38,026 bases of DNA from Bacillales bacterium UBA660 (lineage in GTDB: Bacteria > Bacillota_I > Bacilli_A > RF39 > UBA660). Position numbers and translations under genes: made by a program. The stretch lies in contig DBNY01000043.1 of assembly GCA_002299475.1 (NCBI GenBank), forward strand, positions 1 to 38,026, in the 5' to 3' direction. This document shows, one piece after another, positions 9,431-17,988 of this stretch. How positions within the stretch are numbered: the stretch's first letter is position 1; each line of letters opens with the position of its first letter. The notes under the pieces are model-generated. The model searched no databases and had not been told where the DNA came from. It saw only the letters and a list, made by a program, of their open reading frames with translations.

Positions 9431-9457
9431 ACTTGAGATATTTATCAAGTTTTTTTG
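9430..9457 (+). terminator. Rho-independent terminator ending the T4SS operon
   Basis: The stem aacttga / tcaagtt has an 8-nt loop and a T6 run, and starts at the T4CP stop codon. Confidence 0.7.
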
Positions 9458-9601
9458 TCTTATGAAATACGTGATGAATAAATAAAAAAATTGCGAGTAA
9501 AAGAAGATGATGTAAGGAGTATTTTAAATATTGTAATGCTTCTTGATATTCACTACAAAATAATATTAGTAATGCATAAAATATGATAGGGGGTTTATAA
9601 A

Positions 9602-9892
9602 ATGCATTCTGAAGTTTCTATATCTAAATTAAAAAATATGAATGAACGCGCTATTTTAATAGATATAAGAGATGAAAATTTGTTTAATAAAGGAAATATT
9701 CCAAATTCAATTAATATACCAGTATATAAATTATTATCCGACCCATCATTTTATCTAAATCAAGATGATTATTACTATATATATTGTACTAATGGTATTT
9801 CTAGTTTGTATACCTGTAAAATATTAATTAAGAGTGGATATAAAGTTTTAAATGTTACAGGAGGATATAGACAGTGGTTAATAGAGAAATAG
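9602..9892 (+). CDS. Single-domain rhodanese-like protein
   Basis: The 96-aa ORF has RBS GGGGG upstream. It shows the rhodanese pattern ILIDIRDENLFNKGNIPNSINIP with an active-site-loop Cys in YCTNGISS. Confidence 0.8.
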   Translation: MHSEVSISKLKNMNERAILIDIRDENLFNKGNIPNSINIPVYKLLSDPSFYLNQDDYYYIYCTNGISSLYTCKILIKSGYKVLNVTGGYRQWLIEK

Positions 9893-9965
9893 GATACATT
9901 GTATCTTATTTTCTTTTAAAATGCTAAAAAATATATTATAATATTAACAGATTGGAGAATTACTT

Positions 9966-10541
9966 ATGGGCTTATATATTGAAACGTTTATTGCAATAAT
10001 TACTGAATATATGATAAATATAGGTCCATTATTTGGTGTAATAATTATTATATTTGAATCTATAGTACCAGTGTTACCTTTGGGAATATTTATTACTTTA
10101 AATACATATGCATATGGGTTATTTTGGGGGCTTATTTTATCATGGATAGGAACTATAATTGGTTGCATGATATCTTTTATGGCATTTCGTAAGTGGTTTA
10201 GAGGATTTTTGTGGAAACAAATACGACATGAAGATAGATTAATAGCATTAATGAACTATCTTACAGATATTAAATATGTCAAATTAGTATTATTAGTTGC
10301 TATGCCTTTTAGCCCGGCCTTTTTAATAAATATTGCAGCTGGTCTATCGAAAATATCATTGAAAAAGTTTTTTTTGGCTATAATAGTTGGTAAAACATCA
10401 ATCGTATATTTTTGGGGATATATTGGGACAGGCATAATTGAAAGCTTTAGCAATCCCGTTATTTTATTTGAAATTATTATTATTTTAATAGTTGCCTATC
10501 TAGTATCAAGAATCTTAGGCAAAAAATTAAATTTAGAATAG
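9966..10541 (+). CDS. TVP38/TMEM64 (DedA-superfamily, SNARE-associated) membrane protein
   Basis: The 191-aa polytopic protein carries the characteristic segment LSWIGTIIGCMISFMAFRKWFRGF and the re-entrant-loop region PFSPAFLINIAAGLSKISLKKF. Confidence 0.75.
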   Translation: MGLYIETFIAIITEYMINIGPLFGVIIIIFESIVPVLPLGIFITLNTYAYGLFWGLILSWIGTIIGCMISFMAFRKWFRGFLWKQIRHEDRLIALMNYLTDIKYVKLVLLVAMPFSPAFLINIAAGLSKISLKKFFLAIIVGKTSIVYFWGYIGTGIIESFSNPVILFEIIIILIVAYLVSRILGKKLNLE

Positions 10542-10550
10542 GAGCATTAT

Positions 10551-11642
10551 ATGGAGTATATTATAGTTGGTTTATTATTATTAATTTTAGTTTTGGTAAC
10601 AATATCATTATTTAAAAGTATAAATGAATCCAATATAACGGAACGATTAGGTAGATTAGAGACAAATATAACAAAAGAATTAGGAAATTTTAAAGCAGAT
10701 TTGAATAAAGAATTAGTTAGTAATTTTATTTTGTTAAATGAAAAATTAGAATATCGATTAAATTTAATTAGCGATAAAGTGAATGAGAGATTAAGTGAAA
10801 ATTTCGAAAAAACTAATAAGACATTTATTTCAGTACTAGAAAGATTATCAAAAATTGATGAGGCACAAAAGAAAATTGATAGTTTGTCAACGGATATTGT
10901 TTCTTTACAAAATGTTTTAACGGATAAAAAGAGTAGGGGTATTTTTGGCGAAGTGAATTTGAAGCATATTTTAGTTAGTGTTTTTGGTGAGAAGAATGAT
11001 AAAATTTACAAATTGCAATATCAATTTGAAAATAATACTATTGTTGATGCAGTGCTATTTGCGCCACTTCCACTTGGGGTAGTGGCAATTGATTCTAAAT
11101 TTCCTTTAGAAAATTATCAATCAATGTTAGATAAAAATAAATCGTCACCAGAACGAGAAAGAGCAGAAAAATTATTTAAGATCGACGTTAAAAAACATCT
11201 AGATGATATTGCTAATAAATATATTATTGAAGGTATTACTTCTGATCAAGCAATTATGTTTTTGCCAGCAGAGGCAATATTTGCGGAAATAAATGCCTAT
11301 CATAATGATTTAGTCCAATATGCATATAAGAAAAGAGTATGGATTACCTCCCCAACAACTTTGATTAGCACTTTGACTGTAATTCAAATGATTATAAAAA
11401 ATATTGAAAGAGATAAATATACTAGCATTATTCATGAAGAAATAAACAAATTAGGGTTAGAATTTTCACGTTATAAAGAACGATGGGATAAATTATCTCG
11501 TAGTATCCAATCAGTTAATAAAGATGTTGAAAGCTTCCATATAACAACTGAAAAAATAGCTAAAAAATTTGATAGTATTAATCATGTTGAAATAGGAAAA
11601 TTAAGATATAATGAAGAAGATGAAATTAAGAAAGAAGACTAA
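10551..11642 (+). CDS. rmuC: DNA recombination protein RmuC
   Basis: It has an N-terminal TM helix and a long coiled coil. RmuC motifs follow: KKSRGIFGEVNLKHIL ... VAIDSKFPLENY ... IMFLPAEAIF. Confidence 0.85.
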   Translation: MEYIIVGLLLLILVLVTISLFKSINESNITERLGRLETNITKELGNFKADLNKELVSNFILLNEKLEYRLNLISDKVNERLSENFEKTNKTFISVLERLSKIDEAQKKIDSLSTDIVSLQNVLTDKKSRGIFGEVNLKHILVSVFGEKNDKIYKLQYQFENNTIVDAVLFAPLPLGVVAIDSKFPLENYQSMLDKNKSSPERERAEKLFKIDVKKHLDDIANKYIIEGITSDQAIMFLPAEAIFAEINAYHNDLVQYAYKKRVWITSPTTLISTLTVIQMIIKNIERDKYTSIIHEEINKLGLEFSRYKERWDKLSRSIQSVNKDVESFHITTEKIAKKFDSINHVEIGKLRYNEEDEIKKED

Positions 11643-11644
11643 TA

Positions 11645-11679
11645 AAAAGGACTTAAGAATATCTATTCTAGGTCCTTTT
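11645..11679. terminator. Bidirectional terminator between convergent rmuC and uppP
   Basis: The outer stem aaaaggac (11645-11652) / gtcctttt (11672-11679) encloses an inner gaat/attc pairing and is flanked by A and T runs. Confidence 0.55.
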
Positions 11680-11703
11680 ATATTAAAATAATTTATATAT
11701 TCG

Positions 11704-12519
11704 CTACATAAATAGAATAACTAATGCCCCTACTATAAAACAATAATAGGAGAAATATATTAATTTGCCTTCTATTGTAATTCTAATAAACCACTTCATA
11801 GCATAATAAGTAGTGATGGTCGATGCTATTGTACCAAGTAAATATGGTAACCATATTATTGATAGTTGATTACCAGATACAATATCTTTGAAACCTAATA
11901 GGAAGCCAGCTATACTAATAGGTATATATAAAAAGAAAGAAAATTTTAATGCGGCTGTTCGCTTAAAATCATTAAGCATTGCACCTACCACAGTAGAGCC
12001 ACTCCTACTTATACCAGGAATAATAGCAATAGCTTGAAATAACCCAACAACAAAAGCATCTTTTGTTTTAATTTCGTTATCACTTTTAAAACCTTTATAA
12101 TTTCTAATAATATATAGTAATGAACCAGTTATTAACAAGTTAAATCCTATTATTTTTATGTTAGATAAAAATAATTCTTCAATAATATTTTTAAATAGTA
12201 AACCTATTATTCCTGCAGGTATAGTAGCAATAATTAGTAACATAATATAATTGAAATCTGATTTATAAATATTATTTTTAGTTTTAATATACTGAATAAA
12301 ACTATTAATTAGTTTTGCAATATCTTTCCTAAATAGGAAAATAATAGCAATGGTCGACCCAAAGTGTATCATAATTTCAAAGTTGAAATCATTAAACAAA
12401 TTAGTATTAAAAAAGTTTCTAAAAATTAACAAATGACCACTAGATGATATTGGAAGTGGTTCAGCGAGCCCTTGGATAATACCTAATATTATGTATTTTA
12501 AAATATCAATTAATGACAT
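11704..12519 (-). CDS. uppP: Undecaprenyl-diphosphate phosphatase (BacA/UppP)
   Basis: The 271-aa polytopic protein has the signature N-terminal motif GIIQGLAEPLPISSSGHL and the second motif PGISRSGSTV. Confidence 0.92.
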   Translation of the reverse strand: MSLIDILKYIILGIIQGLAEPLPISSSGHLLIFRNFFNTNLFNDFNFEIMIHFGSTIAIIFLFRKDIAKLINSFIQYIKTKNNIYKSDFNYIMLLIIATIPAGIIGLLFKNIIEELFLSNIKIIGFNLLITGSLLYIIRNYKGFKSDNEIKTKDAFVVGLFQAIAIIPGISRSGSTVVGAMLNDFKRTAALKFSFFLYIPISIAGFLLGFKDIVSGNQLSIIWLPYLLGTIASTITTYYAMKWFIRITIEGKLIYFSYYCFIVGALVILFM

Positions 12520-12604
12520 AAGGAAACCCTCCCTAATATAGTCTATTTACAATTATATAATAAAATATCTACTTAGTAAATAAAATTATATTGGGTGATA
12601 TAAT

Positions 12605-12814
12605 ATGTTTTATCGATTATTTTTCTTTTTACTAGGCTTTGGCTTTATGATTGTTGGATTGATGTGTATCATTCTTTATAGTAATTTAATGACTATGGGA
12701 TATGATTTTTATGAATATTTTAATTTTATTATTACAAGAGTAGAGTGCTTACTTTCAGTAATAGGATTAATAATAATTAATATTACTATATTTTGGAAAA
12801 AGGAGGACATATGA
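12605..12814 (+). CDS. Small two-TM membrane protein, function unknown
   Basis: The 69-aa ORF has RBS GGGTGA upstream and two hydrophobic helices. Its stop overlaps the next start (ATGA at 12811-12814), suggesting translational coupling. Confidence 0.5.
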   Translation: MFYRLFFFLLGFGFMIVGLMCIILYSNLMTMGYDFYEYFNFIITRVECLLSVIGLIIINITIFWKKEDI

Positions 12815-13473
12815 AATATATTTATGATATTTTATTAAATTGGTCTGATGAAACTAATGTTTATGAATTTTTTGAATGGCAAACGGGGGATGATTTAGAA
12901 CATATTAAGAAAATACCAATTCTAAGAATTGGTGTTAATGATTTTAAGAAAATTCATATAAGTGACTTTATATTATCGCACGATATTTGTAACAGTCTAT
13001 ATCAGAAAACAGAATTGTTTAATAATAAAGTAGGGAAGTCTATTGATTATGCATGTATATTTACTGATGGCCTTAGAGCAATTGCAATAGAGTTTGATAA
13101 AAATGGTAATAGTATATATAAAAGTCATTTGCTATTGGATGAGGAAGAAGAAGTTTTAGATATTATGAATAAGATGGCAGAGATAAAAATTAAATACAAA
13201 ATACTTAAAAAAAAGAAACGAAATATATTTTTGACTAGATATGAAAGAGATATAAAAAAATATTTAGTCAATGAGTTTAATAATATATATAATACTAGAA
13301 ATGTTAATAAATTAAAGTATTTATATTATGAGTGGTACAATACTACTTGTGATGATTTTGATTTAATGTTTAATAGAATAAAAAAAATATTAAGTAGAGA
13401 ATGGAATGGCAAACATATAAATTTATATAATTTAATAAAATTATCAGATATTAAAAAAATAAAAAAGTTATGA
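12811..13473 (+). CDS. YjbA-like (UPF0736/DUF3603-type) protein
   Basis: The start was trimmed to ATG 12811, after a perfect AGGAGG. The N-terminus MKYIYDILLNWSDETNVYEFFEWQTGDDLEHIKKIPILRI resembles B. subtilis YjbA as I recall it ([31 protein letters not shown]...). Its position next to a convergent trpS matches B. subtilis yjbA-trpS. The similarity is recalled from memory, not searched. Confidence 0.5.
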   Translation: MKYIYDILLNWSDETNVYEFFEWQTGDDLEHIKKIPILRIGVNDFKKIHISDFILSHDICNSLYQKTELFNNKVGKSIDYACIFTDGLRAIAIEFDKNGNSIYKSHLLLDEEEEVLDIMNKMAEIKIKYKILKKKKRNIFLTRYERDIKKYLVNEFNNIYNTRNVNKLKYLYYEWYNTTCDDFDLMFNRIKKILSREWNGKHINLYNLIKLSDIKKIKKL

Positions 13474-14466
13474 ATAGAACCCCATAACTTTTTTCATTTC
13501 CATTAATGTTTCTTGGACCTTAACTCTTACCTTTTTATTTCCCTCACTAATTAAATTGTCTAAGTATTCATCATTATTATACTTATTATATCTTTCCCTT
13601 ATAGGTGTTAAAAGTTTATTTACTGCTATAGCTAATTTTTCTTTTACTTCAACATCTCCAACTGTGCCTAAACGATATCTATTTTTTAAATCGGCAACTT
13701 GTTCATTATTGTCATTAAATATATCGTGATATAAAAATACTAAATTGCCCTCAACATTCCCCGGCACATTAGCACTAGTGCGATTAGGATCAGTAGGCAT
13801 TTGCATTATTTTTTTCTTAATTATTTCTTCTGTATCATTTAAGAATATAGCATTATTTTTACTTTTGCTCATTTTCCCATTATTATCTATCCCAGGTAAA
13901 GTGGCTTCATTAGCATTTTCTACAATAATAGGTTCAGGTATTGGGAAAATAGGGGTGTATTTATTATTAAAACGATTAGCTATTTCTCTAGTTATCTCTA
14001 TATGTGCTTGATTGTCTTTGCCAATAGGTACAATATTCCCCTTAACACACAATATATCAGCAGCTTGTAATATAGGATAACCAAGTAAAGCAAAAGGCAT
14101 TTCGATATCTGCATCTTTGGCCATATCTTTTAATGATGGCAAGCGTTCTAATCTTGGAACTGTTACTAAACTTTGTAATAAAGTATATATTTCATTTATT
14201 TCTGGTATTTCTGATTGCAGATAAAAAGTAACTTTTTCAGGATTCATCCCGCATGCTATTGCACCTAATACTAATTCCCTGGCATTTTGTTTTGACTTTA
14301 TTATATCCTCTTTTGAATTTTTGGTGGTTAACATATGTAGGTCAGCTATTATAAAAATACTTTCGTATTCATCTTGTAGTTTAACTCTATTTTTAATACT
14401 ACCCACATAATGACCAATATGTAATTTTCCAGTTGGACGATCTCCAGTTAGCATTATTTTTTTCAT
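13468..14466 (-). CDS. trpS: Tryptophan--tRNA ligase
   Basis: The class I HIGH motif is TGKLHIGHYVG and the KMSKS motif is GKMSKSKNN. The start was trimmed to ATG 14466, with RBS AAGAGGTG. Confidence 0.95.
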   Translation of the reverse strand: MKKIMLTGDRPTGKLHIGHYVGSIKNRVKLQDEYESIFIIADLHMLTTKNSKEDIIKSKQNARELVLGAIACGMNPEKVTFYLQSEIPEINEIYTLLQSLVTVPRLERLPSLKDMAKDADIEMPFALLGYPILQAADILCVKGNIVPIGKDNQAHIEITREIANRFNNKYTPIFPIPEPIIVENANEATLPGIDNNGKMSKSKNNAIFLNDTEEIIKKKIMQMPTDPNRTSANVPGNVEGNLVFLYHDIFNDNNEQVADLKNRYRLGTVGDVEVKEKLAIAVNKLLTPIRERYNKYNNDEYLDNLISEGNKKVRVKVQETLMEMKKVMGFYS

Positions 14467-14603
14467 AATTTGCACCTCTTATAATATTTTAACATATAAT
14501 TATGGAATCAATTAGTATATAATTAAAATAATAGAAATATTGTAGAATTTATATGGAAATTGAAATAACTTATGGAAACAATCTAAATTAGGAGTGGTAA
14601 TAT

Positions 14604-16199
14604 ATGAAAAACAGATTAAAGAAAAGCAGGTTCGTGAGTGGATTTACTTTAATTGAATTGCTAGCGGTAATAGTAATATTGGGAGTAGTAATAGCAATTG
14701 CAGTGCCTGCAGTAAGTAATGTTATACGCGATTCTAGAGAAAAAGCTTATATTAAAACAGCCGCGAACATAGAAAGGGCTGCTCAATTATATGTATCAAA
14801 TGAAGTGTCAGCATTAAAACATTTAAGAGATCATGGCGATTTTATTGAATTAACTTTACAAGAATTAGTTAATAATAATTATTTAAATGCTAAGATTGTA
14901 AATCCAATTACTAGAGAAGATTTTAGATTAGATGGCAATGTGGTAAAGGTTACAAACAATAATGGCAGTTTTGACTATGAATTTAAACCAACACATATTA
15001 GAACAGGGTTAGTTGCTGATTATCGATTTGACGATTTTCAGGAACCAACAGTGAATTTGCTTCACGAAAGTATTGATACTACTTTTCAAAGTGGTTCCAC
15101 AACAGGTTGGTTTCCTTCGGGAACTGTTACTTATCAAATAACATCTGAAATGCTATTTGAGGGAGCGCCTGTAATGAAAATTTTTCCAAGTGCTACTGCT
15201 GCAAGTGGTATACTGGCTACATCAATAACTAGAGTGCCGGCAAATACCGTTGTTACTATGAGCATGTGGATTTTTATTCCCTCAACTGTGACTTTGGGTT
15301 CTACATGGGAGGTACATCGTCATGCCTTGCCAAATGGTGAATGTTTGTCAGGAACGTGTCATCATTATACAAATATAGAGACAAGTAACTTAACTTGGAA
15401 TAATAGTACTGAAAAAAACAGATGGATTAGAAGAACAGTTACTATAAGGACTTCAGGTGACACAACCGTTAGTGGTTATAACGTGAGAATATTCTGTTAC
15501 TCATTGGGTCCTAATCCAGCAGGTACTTTTATATATATGAGTCAACCTCAAATTGAAATAAAACCTTATGCCACTGCATTTACCCCTAATACTCGAACTG
15601 GCATAATAAATGACCATTCAATTAACAATAATGATGTAACATTAACCCTTGCAAATACACCTAGATGGATTGGGCAAGGTCGAGTCGGAGCAGGTGCTTA
15701 TGAATTTAATAAAAATACAGTAGTAACCCCTTTCAGATTAGAAGGACTTAATTCGTATACGGTATCGGCTTGGATTTATGAACCTAGCACTACAACAGTT
15801 ACTAGGAGAGGTATAAATTTAGGAGTTGAGGGAACGGGCAGAATGTGGATTTTATTTGGTAATAGAGTCATTACTTTAAATACTTGGTTTGGAACTGATG
15901 GCGGAGACTTTTGGCATAGTGCCAATTACGCTTATAATTTTAATGAATGGGTTAAATTAACGGCTGTTTTTAATAGAACGGCCGGCTTACAAATATTGTA
16001 TATAAATGGCAATTTTCATAGTCAAAGAAGTATCAACACCACTCATAACTGGAGCAATAACAATTTTGTTATAGGAGGCATTCATGAAACTTCTAATTAT
16101 GAAAAATTTATAGGATATATTGATGATGTGTACATATACAATCGAGCATTAACTGCTACAGAAATAAAACATAATTATGATGCGGCAAATATTAATTAA
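14604..16199 (+). CDS. Prepilin-type (type IV pilin / pseudopilin-like) protein fused to two C-terminal jelly-roll lectin-like domains (CBM-like plus LamG/Laminin_G_3-like)
   Basis: RBS is AGGAGTGG. The N-terminus KKSRFVSG|FTLIELLAVIVILGVVIAIAVPA is a canonical prepilin peptidase cleavage/methylation motif (Gly-1, Phe+1, Glu+5). A GspG/ComGC-like head follows, to about aa 128. The C-terminus has the LamG signature WVKLTAVFNRTAGLQILYINGN ... GYIDDVYIYNRALTATEIKHNY. Confidence 0.8.
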   Translation: MKNRLKKSRFVSGFTLIELLAVIVILGVVIAIAVPAVSNVIRDSREKAYIKTAANIERAAQLYVSNEVSALKHLRDHGDFIELTLQELVNNNYLNAKIVNPITREDFRLDGNVVKVTNNNGSFDYEFKPTHIRTGLVADYRFDDFQEPTVNLLHESIDTTFQSGSTTGWFPSGTVTYQITSEMLFEGAPVMKIFPSATAASGILATSITRVPANTVVTMSMWIFIPSTVTLGSTWEVHRHALPNGECLSGTCHHYTNIETSNLTWNNSTEKNRWIRRTVTIRTSGDTTVSGYNVRIFCYSLGPNPAGTFIYMSQPQIEIKPYATAFTPNTRTGIINDHSINNNDVTLTLANTPRWIGQGRVGAGAYEFNKNTVVTPFRLEGLNSYTVSAWIYEPSTTTVTRRGINLGVEGTGRMWILFGNRVITLNTWFGTDGGDFWHSANYAYNFNEWVKLTAVFNRTAGLQILYINGNFHSQRSINTTHNWSNNNFVIGGIHETSNYEKFIGYIDDVYIYNRALTATEIKHNYDAANIN

Positions 16200-16226
16200 A
16201 TTTTATTTTTTGGGTTATACTAAATA

Positions 16227-16255
16227 TTGACAATGCTATAAATATAAATTATAAT
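16227..16255 (+). promoter_or_regulatory. Sigma-A promoter of the asnS leader
   Basis: A consensus TTGACA (16227-16232) is followed by a 17-nt spacer and a consensus TATAAT (16250-16255). Confidence 0.75.
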
Positions 16256-16261
16256 TGCATT

Positions 16262-16510
16262 ACAAACTGTGATTGAATTAAGTAATATTATTACTATTTG
16301 CAGAGAATTAGGGATGGTGTGAACCTAATAATATAAGGATAATATGAAAAACCTTCAGGAGTTGCTTATCGAAATTTGAGTAGATTAAGCCGGTTATCCC
16401 GTTATCGAATGATGAATGGAAGAGATCGTATAACCATATGGTATACGATAAATTGGGTGGTACCACGGATATTACAACTATTCGTCCCTTGGGGATTATA
16501 GTTGTTTTTT
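16262..16510 (+). promoter_or_regulatory. T-box riboswitch leader controlling asnS
   Basis: Elements appear in canonical order. These are the AGAGA element (gcagagaa, about 16303), the distal-loop GGTGTGAA motif, the F-box CCGTTA (about 16409) and the T-box sequence AAATTGGGTGGTACCACGG (16450-16468). A terminator hairpin CAACTAT...ATAGTTG (16475-16504) with a T-run follows. A candidate Asn specifier AAC lies within gaaaaacc (about 16345) but was not resolved by folding. Confidence 0.85.
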
Positions 16511-16527
16511 TATTAGGAGGAGAATTT

Positions 16528-17916
16528 ATGAACTTAGATGTTAGAGATATTTTTATGTATGAAAGTAAGTATATGGATAAGAGTGTTTGTCTAGAAGGAT
16601 GGATTAGGTATCATCGTAAGCAAAAAGAATTTGGTTTTATTGATTTTTATGATGGCACTTTCTTTAAATCAATACAAGTAGTTTATGATAGTAGTATTGA
16701 TTTGTTTGAAGAAATTCAAAAATTTAGAGTAGGTAGCGCTATTAAAGTTGTCGGTACTTTAATTAAATCACCTAATCAAAATCAACCTTTTGAAATTAAA
16801 GCAGATAATATAATATTAAAGGGAGAATCTAAAGAGGATTATCCAATTCAGCCTAAAGCTCACTCGCGAGAATTTTTAAGAGAGGTCGCCCACCTTCGCT
16901 CAAGGACTTCTTTGTTTCAAGCAGTATTTAGGGTGCGTTCTGTTGTTTCTTTTGCAATTCATAAATATTTTTTTGACAGAGGCTATATTTACCTACATGC
17001 ACCAATAATTACAGGTAGTGATTGTGAGGGAGCTGGTGAGACCTTTAAGGTTACAACATTAGATTATAGTAATCTATCTAAGAAGGATAGGGAAAATATT
17101 GATTATAAACAGGATTTCTTTGGGAAGGAAACGACGCTTACTGTTTCAGGGCAGTTGCAAGGAGAAGCATTTGCATTGGCATTTAAAAAGATATATACTT
17201 TTGGCCCTACTTTTAGAGCCGAAAAATCTAATACTAAAACTCACGCATCAGAGTTTTGGATGATTGAACCAGAAGTGGCATTTTGTGATTTGGAAGGCAT
17301 TATGGAATTAGAAGAAGACTTTTTAAAATATATTATTAAGTATGTATTAGAAAATGCTAAGGAAGAGATGTGTTTTTTTGATAAATTTGTTAAGGAAGGA
17401 TTAATTGAGAAGTTAGAGAAATTTTTGAATAGTAAGATGCATAAAGTTTCTCATAAAGAGGCGATTGAAATACTTCTTAAAGCTGATAAAACTTGGACAA
17501 TAATGCCACAGCAGGGAGAAGATATAGCAACAGAGCACGCAAAGTATTTGACCGAAGAATATTTTGATTCGCCTGTGTTTGTTACCAACTGGCCTAAAGA
17601 TATAAAAGCTTATTATATGAGGCTAAACGAAGATAATGAAACAGTGGCGGCAGTTGATTTGCTTGTTCCAGGAGCAGGAGAATTAATGGGCGGTAGTCAA
17701 AGAGAGGAAAGACTACACATGTTAGAGCAAAGAATGAAAGAATTTAATATTTCAAGTGAAGAATTATCTTGGTATTTAGATTTAAGAAAATATGGAGGAG
17801 TAAAACACGCTGGATTTGGGTTAGGGTTAGAAAGATTATTGATATATTTAACTGGAGTTGAAAATATTAGAGATGTAATACCTTTTCCAAGAACGCCAGG
17901 AAGTTGTGAGTATTAA
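16528..17916 (+). CDS. asnS: Asparagine--tRNA ligase
   Basis: The start was trimmed to ATG 16528, after AGGAGG. The upstream part of the tracked ORF is the T-box leader. It has class IIb motifs: FRAEKSNTKTHASEFWMIEPE, GGSQREER and GFGLGLERL. Confidence 0.95.
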   Translation: MNLDVRDIFMYESKYMDKSVCLEGWIRYHRKQKEFGFIDFYDGTFFKSIQVVYDSSIDLFEEIQKFRVGSAIKVVGTLIKSPNQNQPFEIKADNIILKGESKEDYPIQPKAHSREFLREVAHLRSRTSLFQAVFRVRSVVSFAIHKYFFDRGYIYLHAPIITGSDCEGAGETFKVTTLDYSNLSKKDRENIDYKQDFFGKETTLTVSGQLQGEAFALAFKKIYTFGPTFRAEKSNTKTHASEFWMIEPEVAFCDLEGIMELEEDFLKYIIKYVLENAKEEMCFFDKFVKEGLIEKLEKFLNSKMHKVSHKEAIEILLKADKTWTIMPQQGEDIATEHAKYLTEEYFDSPVFVTNWPKDIKAYYMRLNEDNETVAAVDLLVPGAGELMGGSQREERLHMLEQRMKEFNISSEELSWYLDLRKYGGVKHAGFGLGLERLLIYLTGVENIRDVIPFPRTPGSCEY

Positions 17917-17938
17917 AAAAGCATTTGAATGCTTTTTT
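17915..17938 (+). terminator. Rho-independent terminator after asnS
   Basis: The sequence aaaaaagcat-ttga-atgctttttt forms a stem followed by a T-run. Confidence 0.7.
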
Positions 17939-17988
17939 TGCATAAAAAAAATTATTTTTGGCACTATAAAAGTAAGGGAGGAAAAATT

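Noticed and set aside
14476-14603. Possible T-box or other leader upstream of trpS on the minus strand
   Set aside because: The divergent intergenic region is only about 130 nt. It contains no GGGTGGTACC-type T-box sequence or terminator hairpin.
16438-16527. N-terminal extension of asnS (MVYDKLGGTTDITTIRPLGIIVVFLLGGEF)
   Set aside because: This stretch is the T-box sequence and terminator of the leader RNA. The real start is the ATG at 16528, preceded by AGGAGG.
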